A DNA stretch of 59,579 nt, the filler included, from Sphacelaria rigidula (Eukaryota), in the NCBI GenBank assembly GCA_964200075.2. It is 5 parts of 5 records of this genome, joined end to end, with 100 filler letters (N's around TTAATTAATTAA, not from the genome) between each part and the next. Parts side by side here need not be neighbours in the genome. Positions count along the whole stretch, not along the records: positions 23,875 to 35,710 come from CAXNAA020004442.1; positions 35,811 to 47,645 come from CAXNAA020004443.1; 3 more parts are not named here. One strand, written 5' to 3'. The translations under genes and the position numbers were made by a program. The notes under the pieces are model-generated. The model did not search any database. It had not been told where the DNA came from and saw only the letters and a program-made list of their open reading frames with translations. Positions 25,091 to 37,652 of this stretch are shown piece by piece (positions within the stretch are counted from its first letter, which is position 1; every line of letters begins with the position of its first letter).

Positions 25091-25271
25091 GCAAAAAGTT
25101 GTGTCTTGCCGAGCAATGCCACAGTAGGGGTGCACTTGTTTGTTCGGAGGCTCTTTGCTGTAGGAGCCTCTCGGAGACAAATATCTGGGCCTTAGTGTGC
25201 AGTCCAGGAAACTTTTGGACTGAAAATTGCACCCCTACTGTGGCATTACTCGGCCGTAGGGGCAACTCTTG
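25091..25271. ncRNA. Long fold-back, candidate pre-miRNA
   Basis: 27-bp inverted repeat 25108-25134 / 25228-25254 with one mismatch, an imperfect outer stem, and two internal hairpins. Confidence 0.35.
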
Positions 25272-26437
25272 TGGGTGAGGGGAAAACGCTCTTCGAATGC
25301 GGCCTATTTTGGCAACTGGGCGCCATTTTGTTTCCCATAGGGGAACTTGACAGATCTCACAATCTCAAAGAGACTTGCCGTCCTTGTGCTACGATAACAT
25401 TCAATCTGAAAAGCAAGCACGTTTGGGGGCTTTTCGGGAAGTTTTTCCAGTTATCTCTTCGTGTGAGGCATGGTGTCCGAGAAAAAATATTCCAGATACG
25501 AGTTGTTTCTCGGAGGTCATTTATCAGAAATCATTCTAGAACTGGTGCCATTTCTCAAACTGTATTTGCACTTGCTTGAGAAGATGAAGCTGAATCCTAC
25601 TCATCAAGAATAACTGCGCCTCACGCAAATTCACTGCTACAACTGGCGTGTAAAACTGAAGAATTCTGAAGGATATGGTGTTGAAAAAATACTTGAAAAG
25701 CATGTCCCACACAAGCAAACACAAGCTTCTCAAACAATTCGATTTTTCAACCCCCAAGAGCGGCCTGAGGAGTAATCTCGAAGGTCGATAACTTTCGTAC
25801 ATACCATTAAGATACCATTTGGAACTACTGTGCAAAAATAGGAACCACATTAGATAACGTCTAAACGGTTGAACGCCAGCCCACCTTGGTAGCTCGTGTA
25901 GGTACAGTGCCTTCAGTAATATTACTGAGTTCAGATGTTTAAGTTCAAATTGACGAACGATTTTCATTTCAGCATTCCAGTGTAAGCGTCCCTAGTGCAC
26001 GAACTAGGCTTGAAGCAGAGCCTGACGAGGTGCCAAATATCAGCAAAGTCACGCTAGACACCGCATCAATCCCGACCCCCAAAAAGGCTTCGGGATCGGT
26101 AACGACGCTCGCCGAAACGTCTCCAAGCGGAGGCCTCTTTGCATGTCTACGCTGAAACGCTATGGTAAACGGTAGTTGCCCCGGAACGCGAGCAAAGGCC
26201 ACCTGCAAAATACACAACTGCGGTGACGGCATACCGCGAAGGTTGCATGCTGCAGGGTAGCCTCGTTAGCGGACCTTCATGCCGCTGCCCGCTACGCCCT
26301 GTTTCCCATTGTGTCGGAACTGTAACGCGAGTGCTTGGTAGGCCTCTAGTCCACAATCCACCTCATCGTGAACCCCGCCGAAAATCCCCTATTCTGTTAC
26401 TGCTCTTTGCGCATGGAATACGGGGAGGTCACCTCAG

Positions 26438-29400
26438 GCGACGTCGAAGATTCCCCTCAGTACCTCCGCCGCCGGAACCAGTGTCAGAAGGCGAATCTGA
26501 GTCACGAGGGCGCATTTGTTCTGAAGACTCAATCAGTACGGATGTGCTTATTCAGAGAGATTTGTGGGAAATCACTGAAGGGAAAAGGGCGGAAAGGTAC
26601 TGGGTCTGAGCGGGTCAGTTGAAGTACACTTGCTTGAAAGCACTTACCTCTACGTTGTGAAACATTGGATGTCTGGCTCGCACGGAAAGGCTTACATGAC
26701 CTACCCACCGGAACAATAAGAGGCGACCATGTTTGCAGTAGCTTGAGAGGTTGCTCATCGACCGATATCCACGGACATCTTGGTGTTTCATTGTAGATAC
26801 AGTTGAGCCCTTGCTCGCCCTCGCTGCCAAGGCGTCAGCCGCAACCACCCTCAAACAAGCGCTTGCAGGGCCCTAGGGCCCTGCAAGCACACGAGTTTGT
26901 TCGTCAATCTCGTTGAGTGTTGGTTCGCGTAGCACAGACACTGATATTAGGTACTCGTCCGTATCCATGCACGTGGGATTCCTCAGGCAAGATCAAGACA
27001 GCTGGGTACACGGATCGGGCGAAAATGGAATGTCTAGGGAAGAGTTTTTCGCCAAGTTCCGGGAAGTGGCTAATACAAAACAGTCCAACCCACTAGCGAA
27101 CGTCACCAGCGTGGAACAGGTGTGCGCCGTTTCCCGTGCCATGCTTCGTATCGACCGCTATTCGCGCAACGGAGGGAGCCGCGTTGGGCTTGATATGGAA
27201 CTTGCGTGTTGACAAATGGCCAGCTTTCAGCGGCAAGCGGGCTGAAGTCTGTAGGGAATTGACCACAGTAAGAGCAGGAATCTTCACGTCGTTTCGGTTA
27301 TTGAAAAATTATCTAGGAAGGTGCTTCAGGGCGCCCTAATGATAGAGCCTTGAGGCTTCACCGGAAAAAATGCGCCATCAAAAATATCGGTGCCTGGCAG
27401 TACCTCTATCTTACCCACTAACGCACGCATCCTTGTGCTAACGGCGTAGAGGCACTTCTCGCACACCTTCCCGATGCTCGAGTTGGTGAATCGACACTAT
27501 GCTTTGTCCATTCGAGAAAATCGCAGGAGAGCACACGTTCCCGTGCATGTCGGACTTCAATCCACTCGTCGATAACGTCGGACGCTCTCAAGGACGCGAC
27601 CTTGAAATTTTTGAGGCAACTGAGTGACCACGGCCGGGTTCCTTGGCCAGCGCTGCTGAAGTTGGGAAACGGCACCTGTTCTCTAGAGGTGCGTGCTGGC
27701 CGAAATTTCGTACACCGTGTGGGGGCGATACTGTTTGATATCTACGTATTTCCTAACTATGGAGCAAGACGACACAGGGGAATACTCCAGATCACATGAC
27801 ACGTTGTATGCAAACACATCCGACGACTTCCAAAACCGCGGCAAGGGTCGCTCCTCTCGTCAACTGTCTCCTCACCATCATCATGACTTAGCGAATTTCA
27901 ACCATGGATGCCTGTGCGTCTATCGAGATGGTCCAGCATAGTAGCGTATAACAAGCTGCTATTTGCTTGCAGGTGGGGGGTATGGGTCTTGGAGACGATC
28001 TCGCAGCTTCTCTAGCCACAGTGATGCCCATCTTGCGAAGGGTAGAGCGCTTGGTCGCGTTTGACAACCGCTTGACGGACGTTTCCGTCTTCCGGATAGT
28101 TCAGGCCGTACAAGCCATGCCTGCACTCACCTATCTAGGTAAGATGTGCATACGAGCCGCCGCTACTGCTTCCGTGGATAAGAGGTGTTCACCGAAGGTA
28201 AAGCACGTTACATTTACACAAGCAGCTATTATACCGGTTATAGGGCAACTGGCAAAGGAAATACTGTACGATCAAATGTAGCGTACTGTTGTCGCAGATG
28301 GACGACCTGGAAATGGGGAGAAACGACAGGTCGAATGTCGTTCGGTGACAGACATGCCCCTGCTAACTCTCACAATCCCTTCATGTACCCGGCAGACTTG
28401 AGTGAAAACGAAGTAGGACCGTCGGCGGCGCACGAATTGCGGGAGTACATGCGCGACAAGCGGTGCCGCCTGAGATACCTTGCCATCCGCAAGGCTGATG
28501 TGGACGACTATGAGTGCAGGTGAACAACTTCAGCACCCGTACTGGAACGCTGATATATGATCAGCCTGGTTCCTGGTTCAAAAATACGAGACCAGTGGAT
28601 CCACACGTTACTACCGTTACTACCGATACTACCGATACTACCGATTGGCCTGGCGGAACACGTGAACCCGTAAATTCGTGGGGATCAATGCACATCACGT
28701 TTGATCCACGACGAGCACTTTTTGCGGGGTAAGGCCCGGTAATATCGACACTGTTTTTTCGGATATCTCCAAAATTGTCGGGAATGGCAAAGTACCTGAT
28801 AATTCTCGGATGCTTGCGAGCGCCACAGCGTATCATTGACAGGGCAGCTCTCCGAAGTGTTGCGCTGCACTCCGAATTTCCCAGACTTCTTGAAAAATGA
28901 AGCTTCGGAGAAAAAAACAAGCCGCTTCATTCTCGGAGAAGTCTGAATGCAAAATCCGCGTACTCGGAAATATTCTGAGATCTCTGAAAAAAATAATGTC
29001 GATAATGATGGGTCTACAGTAACTACATTCCATGAGTCGTTCATGATGAATACTTTTTAGTGCAAGGACAACAGGACGGGGTGACGGTGAGCGTGATTAC
29101 CCTAGCCAACAGTAGCTCAGCCTCTTGGAGGAGAGGCAAACGTCGCCAAACACTCACTTCACCATACAATTCTCATTGTCTACAGTACAGCTACAAACCC
29201 AGTTATTTTCTCGTGTGCCAGGGAGTTCATGGGTGCGTTGGAGGACAACCTCTCTCTGCTGGACGTGGATCTCACCGCCAATCTCATTGGGATGGGAGAT
29301 ACGACCCACGTGAGAGACTCTACCGAACAAAATGCATCGATGATTGGTGAAAAGGGGTGACTCCAGGCTTGGTACTCAAACTACGTCGACTAATGCGCAA

Positions 29401-32400
29401 TACGTTAACCCGTGCAACTCGGCGTGGCGGGTGAATGTTACGCTAGCAGTGCCCACAAACTTCGAACCACGTACAAAAAACCACAAGTTCTGAACAAAGA
29501 GCAAATGACACGAACGCCATATCCACAGGTGATCGGCGGCGAGGCCATCGCTGCGATGCTCTCGGTGAACAACACGCTGACCAGCCTTAACCTAGCCTGG
29601 AACTCTATACGCATGGCGTCCGCGGTGATGGTCGCCAACTCTCTGAGAAACAACCATAGTCTGTTAACGCTCGGTCTCGCATACAACTCCTTCAGCGACC
29701 AACCCAGCCAGGTGACGACTGCCTTCATTCCTTCACCATGAAGCCCGATTATTGGTCCGTGCAAGGCAGGTCACGTGAAGGGCTCACCTGTCTGACCACA
29801 TCGAGTGTTTTACTTCCTTCCGGTAGACGCAGCTCGTCGCATACCTCACGGACGGTCGCTGGTGACTCAAGATGTGACATGCCAGTAGCCCATCCTGTCT
29901 GTCTATCTGTCTGTCTTAGTACGAGCGACGACCCTGTCGGGAGCCCTGCATTGTGGTGCATCCTCCATCGGGGATGCGGATATCTCAGACGGACATCCCT
30001 GTGGGGTATTATATCAATCTGGGGTACGCATCTGGGATGTGGGTATATCCCTCTGGTATATCGATCTGGGATATGGACACATATCCGGGATATCCAAATC
30101 CAAGGTGGAGGTTGGACGATGATGCAAGACCGTGACCTCGCCGCAGAAAAGTTGGAGCCCACTTCGCAAGCGAGGAGATCGAGAGTAACTTCAACGCGAC
30201 TATTGAATGTAAATGCGGAACACCCACTAGTTCTCGTGTAACCGACTATACCCGAAACAAGTGCTACAGTGTAATCGGCCAGTACCCTTACGAGAAAGTA
30301 ACAACGATTACGACACTTGGCATGCGCGTGTTCGTCTTTGCGGTCGCTGCAAGCTCTTGGGCGCCGCGCTGTGCGAGAACGATACGCTCACGAAGTTGGA
30401 TCTTTCCTACAACTCAGTCACCCCTGCGGCTGCGATGGTGCTGGCATTTGCTCTCAAGGTGAAAAAATGCCGACCGCAACAGCACTCAAACTGCACTGCC
30501 CCTCGGTATTTAGAAGTAAAATTGAACTCATGGGTGTGTACTCGTAACTCCACGCCACCAAGAGCCGGGGTAGGACACGAGCGACGGAGACTTTGTCGGC
30601 TGTTTGTCGAGGCAGACGCGGTGGTTATTTCTGTCAGGAATGACACGTTAACACGAAGCAACTCGATATGTAGATCGCCGAGCTTTGTGCGATGGTCAAC
30701 TCTGTTTAATCATTCCTCCGTACTGCGCAAAGCGGGGCACCGCAGGTGAACAAGACGCTGAAATTCTTGGAACTGGAAGGGAATCGCATCGGACAGAACG
30801 GTGGTGAGGTAGGATACACAGTAACAGATGCCGCCGCGCCCCGGTGGTGTAATGGTCCGACTGTCCACATTAGGGTGGAGAGAACGAGGGTTAGATTCCC
30901 GATGCGTTGGGTTTTTTCTTCGTAATGTATGATTTCCACCGTGGGAAGCGTGAGAACGTGAGTAAACAAAGTAGTCGACTGAGTTTGTTTGACGAGAGTT
31001 GACGCGGTCCAGGAGTGCTGATAGTCATGACCCAATCCGCGAGACCAAAATGCAAGGCGTGTACCAGGGGAGAGATGGACTGATCCCTGCAGACCACGGA
31101 CTCGTCTCGAGGAAGGGGAGGGGTTCAAACTGCGACAAAAAAATATATAATGAACTAATAAAGCAGTAACAGTAACAATACGTATTGCTCTCAGTACTCG
31201 ACGTTTCAAACGACCCACCCGAAGTTGAGTCTTTCAGTGCCACTAGTGTAAGGTCCATTATTATCGACACTATTTTTTTCCGGAGATATCCCAAATCCTC
31301 GGGACTGGTAACGTATCTGACGACCCTCGAACACTTGCGAGCACCCCGGCGTCCACACAGAGCAGCTAGCCGAAGTGCTGCTTTGCAGTCCGAATTTTTT
31401 ACGTTTCTCCAATAATGAAGCTTCGGAAAAAACATCAAGCCACTTCGTTTTCAGAGAAACCTGGACATAGAGTCCAAAAAGGCTGAAAAACAAAATTCTG
31501 ATGTCTCCAAAAAACAGTGTCGATAGCAATGAGCCTAAATGTAGATAATTCGTGACGCTTGATATGCATGTAGCAAGTACGCGGCTACCATGGGTAGGAG
31601 TCTTCGAACGTAGCTCTGAAGGTTTCACTGACCTTCAGCGCTTCTCCTATTTTAGGCCCTCGTGATGGCGATGAAGAAATCGCTCCGGCCTGATGGAAAC
31701 TTGATTGTGAGCGTGAAGAACTGCGATACCTCGTACTACGATGAGAATCTGTTCAACTTCGACAACGCCACCGGAGAGTACATCCTCAATCTCCAGGTGC
31801 GTGCAGGTTATACGGTTGTACTATACACACAGTATATGTATGACGTTTTTTTCTTGTCAAGACGAGCGTAGATGAGAACCTCACGTATGCGCAACGCTTT
31901 GCGGATTACCGACGCGCATTTTTCCCGCTCATTCGGAGACACTTCTTCCACCGTGTATTCAATACGCGGGGCTTTTATGCGTTGACTGCTGTAATTCTCT
32001 GTGCCATTTTCACCTAGGGGGTCGTGCAGACCTATGAGATGAAACTAGATATAGTGTGCTCGTTGACTAAAACCACCGAGTGAGAAGCATAGTGGATGAT
32101 TTGTTCTTGTCGTCACTCGTGATGTCGACCAGATATCCAGCCACAACCCCGCGGTACCCAACCTTTCATCGATGACGCGCGTGGCGTTGTTCTCAGGTGC
32201 CCTACCACAAGGTGGTGGCGTCAGAGTTGCTGAGGTTGGCCAACGGGAAAACTACGGTACATTTTCGGAAGCTGGAGCACGTTGTAGGGAAGAGGGTCAC
32301 CTCAGTCAAACTCCACAGGTTCGCCGTGGGTGTATATTCTCACAACGTCTCCCTGATTTTGCGTCGAGGGCAGTCAATTCGCACAGCACGTGCTTCGAGA

Positions 32401-35400
32401 AGTGAAAAATGAATGTCCGTGACGTGCGTAACACGCCCAATCGGGAAATCTGACTTTTAGTTTTGTCCCTACGGTCTGATTCAAGAGAGCACTCCCCACG
32501 GGTACAACGAAATCCTCGTGCGGAAGTGACGTATCGCATCAAGCGCGATCTGACTACAAAGGAGGGTGTTCCAGTAGAGCGCTTCGTGGACTACGCGAAA
32601 ATCTTGAACATGGAGCCTGACCTTCGGGTGGCAACGAAAATCGCTCGGAAATGGAACGAGGTGTGTGTGCTTGGCATATTCTGCAACCGAAGTTGGCCTC
32701 GCAAGAGAGGCTGGTTCGACCCGAGGGTGGATCGGAAACTGCGGAACTTCAGTAATTTCAATCGGTAGCCAGCGTGCAAGCTTCAGCTATCAAAACTGGC
32801 ACAAACTCGAGGTCCAACCCTCAGCTTGATTTTCTGACCCCATGAAGTACTTGTTTCCTGCGATGTGTGTCCCGTCGGTGGTGCGAAACAAATACCTTCA
32901 CCCACGCATAGATTCTCTTCAGAGACAAGGCAGAAAATGCACAAGGGGGCGAAGGTCGAGACAGTGGCGACTTCGCGTCAAGCAGTTTGTTCGAAGCTCT
33001 TTTCTACTTCGCGGATAAGGATGGGAAAGGCGAACTAGGGTTCGACGATCTAGAAACGCTTTTCCGGGTAAGTAAGTACATCATGCGTGCTTGAACATCA
33101 ACGCTGGGTATACTCGTACGCAACATTTTTTTTCTGAAGCTCAGTATACCGTAGGAACATCCCCCGCAGTGAACAACAATCGCGGTCTTTCACTTAACCA
33201 TTAGGAGCTGAGCCTGGCTCACGGCGACGCGAAGATACGACATGTCATGATGAAGTACGACACGGACCATTCTGGCTCTGTCGACTTGTACGAGTTCATC
33301 CACTACATGACGGTAAGGATTAGCCCTGGGATGTGAAACACGTTCGTCGGAGGCCTTTTGCAGCTTATGCTGAGGGTAAAAGTATTCGACTCGAGGTGAC
33401 TCCATTGGCGGCGTCCGCATACTACGAGTAAGGCATAAACACTGCAAAAATGTATATATTTGAGAACAACAGGCATGGACACGCAGAGCACGTCTGGTGG
33501 GAACTACGATAAGGACTACTGTAGCCCTGGGATCCTGTCCGTGTATCGCCGAGATGCCACTACATGTCACTTATACTTTTATATCTTTAGGATGCAGATA
33601 TGTTGAGATTGAATCTTGCGCTAGTTGGTTGGAGCCCAAGAGTGGCTGTATCCTCGAAACGGTTCACCCTCGAACACGTAGGCTACACTCGATCAGTGTG
33701 TGACACTGACTGCGATGGTACCCAGGCCACACACATGAAGCCGGATGAAGTGGACCATGGGGTACTCTGCACCAACGACAAGAAGAAGTGGGAGGTACCA
33801 GATCACGGGGTCCTAAGTATCAGCTTCCTTCAGGAACCCAACGCCCATCGTACGATCGCCGAGGTACGGTTGACCTCATCAGTGGGAAGTGCAGGGATAG
33901 CATGGGTACGCATGCTGTTTTAGACCAATGGGGGCGGGGCGACAGCTGAGCCAATAGTATTATGGCGTCGAAGTACGCAACATGCTTCAACAGTCTCTCT
34001 CCACCGGGTACGTTGCGTCAGGGAAATTCTTGGAATCGCGAATCGTGTCGTATCACATCTTGTTCGATACAGATGAGCACTGATCGTGGAGTTGAGGGTC
34101 TGATCGACAACATTCGACGAGCCCCCAACGATGATGACCGGAAGCGACTATTCGAGCTGGCCACCGCGAACAATGGAACCTACTTCACAGCGTCTCAGGT
34201 ATTTTTCAGCATATCCACAGGACTACCTACACTTCGCCATGCTGAAGATACTTACAAGGTCTTCACGTTGCAGAGGTCCCGGCGCAAACGTCTTGCCTTG
34301 AGATGGACAGCAACTGCTGCTAGCATGCACCGATTGCAATGCCCCAACCTCTGTTTTACGCCTGTCGAATATCTATACCAGAACCGGACCTGATTCTCAA
34401 ACAACCTCCCTTCTCCCTCTCCGAAGTTTGGGCAACCCCGCGTATCCGGAATCGCACTTTTTCAACGTTCCTGTGTGGCAACTCTACGATGGAGATTCCT
34501 CTTCCCCCGTGTGCTTGTTTTCAGGCCCAAGGACTGCTGGAGGTGACTTCAAGCATTTACCGCACTACGGACGCCGTGGTCATGCTCCTTCCGCAACTAG
34601 CATCTTGTCAGGAATGCAACGCCTTTATTGGTAAGCCACAAACATAACGCAGCAGTCGAGATACGTCGCGACCGCGCAATTTGTCGGGGCTGTGTATTCA
34701 GACGTGCTGCCATGGAGCATGTATACGAGGGAAACTACAATGAAAACTTGAGAGTACATTTCGCTAGGTCCCTCGCCTGAATGATATCGCGCTTTTCCTT
34801 AAGCTCGTCAAGTTCACACGTCGGACAGCTCATGAGCTACCTAACTTTTATTTATTGAGTCATGCTACGATAGGGGGGGGATGGGTGTTCGATTCCACGA
34901 AAAAGTGGGCTCGTAGGTGCGTCAGACGATCCAACACACTCGTGGTGCGCTTGTATTTGGGCAAAAGTGATGCCAAAAAATATGAATAAGCTTTACAAAT
35001 CGGAAGCAAGCGCCTTCGAACTACCGTTTCTGCTATCAACGACGATTGCAAGGAGAATTTCGTGGAAGAAAACGGCCCAAAATACGCCCCCCCCTATCGT
35101 AGCATGGCTCTATTTTAGTGTACTGATCCGAATCATGGGCTAGCTCATTTTGCCTCTTTTCCCACGTGTACTACCTATAGTACAGCGCTGGACACCGAGC
35201 ACGCGGAGTAGCGCACAGGTAGCCCGTTGGCTTCTCGGACCAACCGTCACAAATTTTGTATTTTTGGGCAGGGGGTCTAAAAATCCCTCTTTGATTAGCT
35301 ACTCTAGGTAGCTCATGAGCTGTCCTGCGGGTGGTCAAGTTCCTTCGAGTGTGCATGTTCGGGGAAAAAGCTCATTTCATGCCTCCCTACTAAGTCCTCA

Positions 35401-35550
35401 TCCGCATGCGCAGACTCAAACTTGGACCACCGAGCGAAGATGAAGTTGCGCTTTTTGGTGGGAGTGTCATGGGGATCTATCGTCGGGATGCCATCGGGGC
35501 ACTACTCGCTCGACATGCAGAATACGAAAGACAGGCTGACCGCCCAAAAG
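26438..35550 (+). CDS. Multi-exon RI-type leucine-rich-repeat protein with an EF-hand pair; 5' end uncertain, 3' end lost at a gap
   Basis: 18 phase-consistent GT-AG exons: 26438-26596, 26987-27119, 27527-27688, 27973-28138, 28396-28519, 29222-29309, 29529-29711, 30354-30458, 30746-30808, 31656-31796, 32197-32318, 32486-32660, 32912-33067, 33205-33312, 33726-33863, 34073-34198, 34525-34630, 35414-35550. LRRs: NNTLTSLNLAWNSI, NHSLLTLGLAYNSF, NDTLTKLDLSYNSV, NKTLKFLELEGNRIG. EF loops: DKDGKGELGFDD and DTDHSGSVDLYE. Tentative further upstream exons lie at 24894-25008 and 25981-26098. Confidence 0.88.
28729..29017. mobile_element. MITE family D (~290 bp), intronic
   Basis: Imperfect ~35-40 bp terminal inverted repeats (..ATATCGACACTGTTTTTT / AAAAAATAATGTCGATA..). 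Colinear with 31248-31538. Confidence 0.8.
30890..31150 (+). repeat. Repeat family B copy (intronic)
   Basis: GTGCTGATAGTCATGACCCAATCCGCGAGACCAAAATGCAAGGCGTGTACC..GACCACGGACTCG..GGGGAGGGGTTCAAA recurs at ~56590-56840 and ~58345-58600. Confidence 0.88.
31248..31538. mobile_element. MITE family D, second copy
   Basis: TIRs AGGTCCATTATTATCGACACTATTTTTT / AAAAAACAGTGTCGATAGCAATGAGCCT. Confidence 0.8.
34823..35325. mobile_element. MITE with perfect 21-bp TIRs hosting a nested MITE
   Basis: GGACAGCTCATGAGCTACCTA (34823-34843) and its exact reverse complement (35305-35325). Confidence 0.8.
34857..35110. mobile_element. Nested MITE (family E) with TATT target-site duplication
   Basis: TIRs GAGTCATGCTACGATAGGGGGGGG / CCCCCCCCTATCGTAGCATGGCTC, with TATT on both flanks. 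Other ends of this family occur at ~12155-12178 and ~35602-35660. Confidence 0.85.
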
Positions 35551-35710
35551 GTGCGCGTCGCCAGTGAGGTTTTGACGTTGACATATTTTCCTTCGTGCCA
35601 CGAGCCATACTACGACAGGGGGGGGGGGGGGGGGGGGGGGTTGGATTCCACGGAAAAGGGGGTTAAAAGGAGGGTAAAAGGGCCTAAAACAAGGGGGGTG
35701 GGCTTGTGTT

Positions 35711-35810
35711 NNNNNNNNNNNNNNNNNNNNNNNNNNNNNNNNNNNNNNNNNNNNTTAATTAATTAANNNNNNNNNNNNNNNNNNNNNNNNNNNNNNNNNN
35801 NNNNNNNNNN
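35711..35810. other. Scaffold gap
   Basis: Same linker. Confidence 0.99.
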
Positions 35811-37652
35811 ATCCTCCGGGTTCTCATCCTCAATCAAAAGCACCATCCTCAACATAGATGATTGGCTGTTTTGAGGGGGTACAGAAAAATATGAAGAGAC
35901 CAGATTAACTGTGTGTGTTAGACCGCTAATCCTCCTACAGCTAATGAGTGGCTTGAGGAGGCCTTCATACCGCTTTAACGGGTGGCTCTGGAAAACATGT
36001 AAAAATAAATCTAGGAGGGTCGAAAAAGGTCTACGTAGGGGGAAGGAGGGTTGGGGGTGCCCCGGCCAACAGATGACACGCCACGACTGAAAGCCTAATT
36101 TTTCGAGAAGAAATGCCCTCGAAACATCCAGTGTGCCACTTCCGGATTTTGCCTTCGTCATCCTGGACGTGTATTTCTAGAGCTGGTTGGTTTTCTCGAG
36201 TATATTTGAGCAGCGCGGCCACCGCAGGTTTCGCGACGATGATGAAGGATGAAATCGAGAATCTCGGTATCCAGCTTACATTTGTTTACCGTAAGTAGCC
36301 ACTGGTGGGCACGTGTCAGCTTTTGAAAACTTTTTTTTTCGATTGAAAGCGTTTATTCCAGGTTTTTGGTCACCAAGACTCATCACGGTTACTGTTTGAT
36401 CCCAAACTTCGGGAATCAAGAGGTGCAGTACCAAAAAAGGGGAGGCGGGGGGGGGAAATATATTTTTCACAACCAACTTCAAACGACCTTTGGGCCGACC
36501 GGTCGTCGGGGGCCTTACGAGTGTACAGCTCAGGTTGTCTCCCTGATGTATTCGATCCACCGAACCGATCCCGATCAATATAATGAACAGTTCCATTATT
36601 CAATTTCCTTAATTTCTATTTAGTACATATTTATCGCCCGAAGCCGGAAAACGTTTTTTTTTTTATTCTACTTGGTCAATAACATCCCCTCGAGAAAGTG
36701 GAGTTCACTCCGTATTGTTCCGACAGTACAAAATTGAGATTATGTGTCCTGAAGACGAACTGCTCTTTTTTATTATTATTATTTCACGCCTACCGACTCT
36801 CAAACTCGAGTAGTGAAGAAAACAAATCATCCGCCAAAAAATCTCGACTAGCACAAGTGAATCCAATGTCCAACCGTCGGCCACTGAACTGTCTCGCCAA
36901 CAACACAAAAAATGAAATGGTTCGCCCACGACGGCGCATGTTGAACTGGATACGACTTCCGAGACACAGAAGTGAAAATCACGTGCAAGTACTTCGAGAC
37001 TACAGCGAAAATTCGACATGAGAGCGCAGAAAAGTACTGCAGGAGAGCAAAATCACGTATTGCGGAAGCAGAAAAAAAGTCATTTTCCAAAGAAAGCAAC
37101 GATAATTCTCAGTCATCTCCCCGTTGACAACATCGCGTTACCGGGATGGTTGCTACGAGTCTCGGCATCGCAGCTCAACATCGCGACAATGAACAGTAGA
37201 GTTTTGTAGCGAAGTAGCTGTATGCTTATTGTTATTACCCCCATATACTTTTCTGGGTCCGATTTTATTTTCTTGATTTTCTCATACCCTCTTCTGGGTA
37301 GTTAGCCTGTGACGACGGAAGGCGACCGAATCAGATGCGGAGTACAGAGTACTTACTGTGCAGATATTGGAACGATTTTTAAAGTGAAGACAACAACAAC
37401 AACTTTCGTGGGGTAGCCCGAGCAAGGTCACAACACACGCGGGCGGTCGCTCAAGAGCAACATGAACGAAAACTAAAAAACCAACGGCAACATGATTACA
37501 ATCTCACACGACATGAGCACTGTAGGAAGTAACCTTGTGCCACAAGGACTAACACGACGTACACAACAGCTATACAACTTTGCACAGTCACACCAGGCAC
37601 GTACTCGCTAAACAAAACAAAAAACAAGCAAAATATTGTATTTTTTCTTGAA

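Noticed and set aside
28608..28645. Short tandem repeats (TACTACCGA)n, and 950-985, as CRISPR-like arrays
   Set aside because: No spacers; eukaryotic minisatellites.
36698..37021. ORF LSNSSSEENKSSAKK as the continuation of the LRR gene
   Set aside because: No suitable in-phase acceptor and no family-like motif; the true 3' exons probably lie in the gap.
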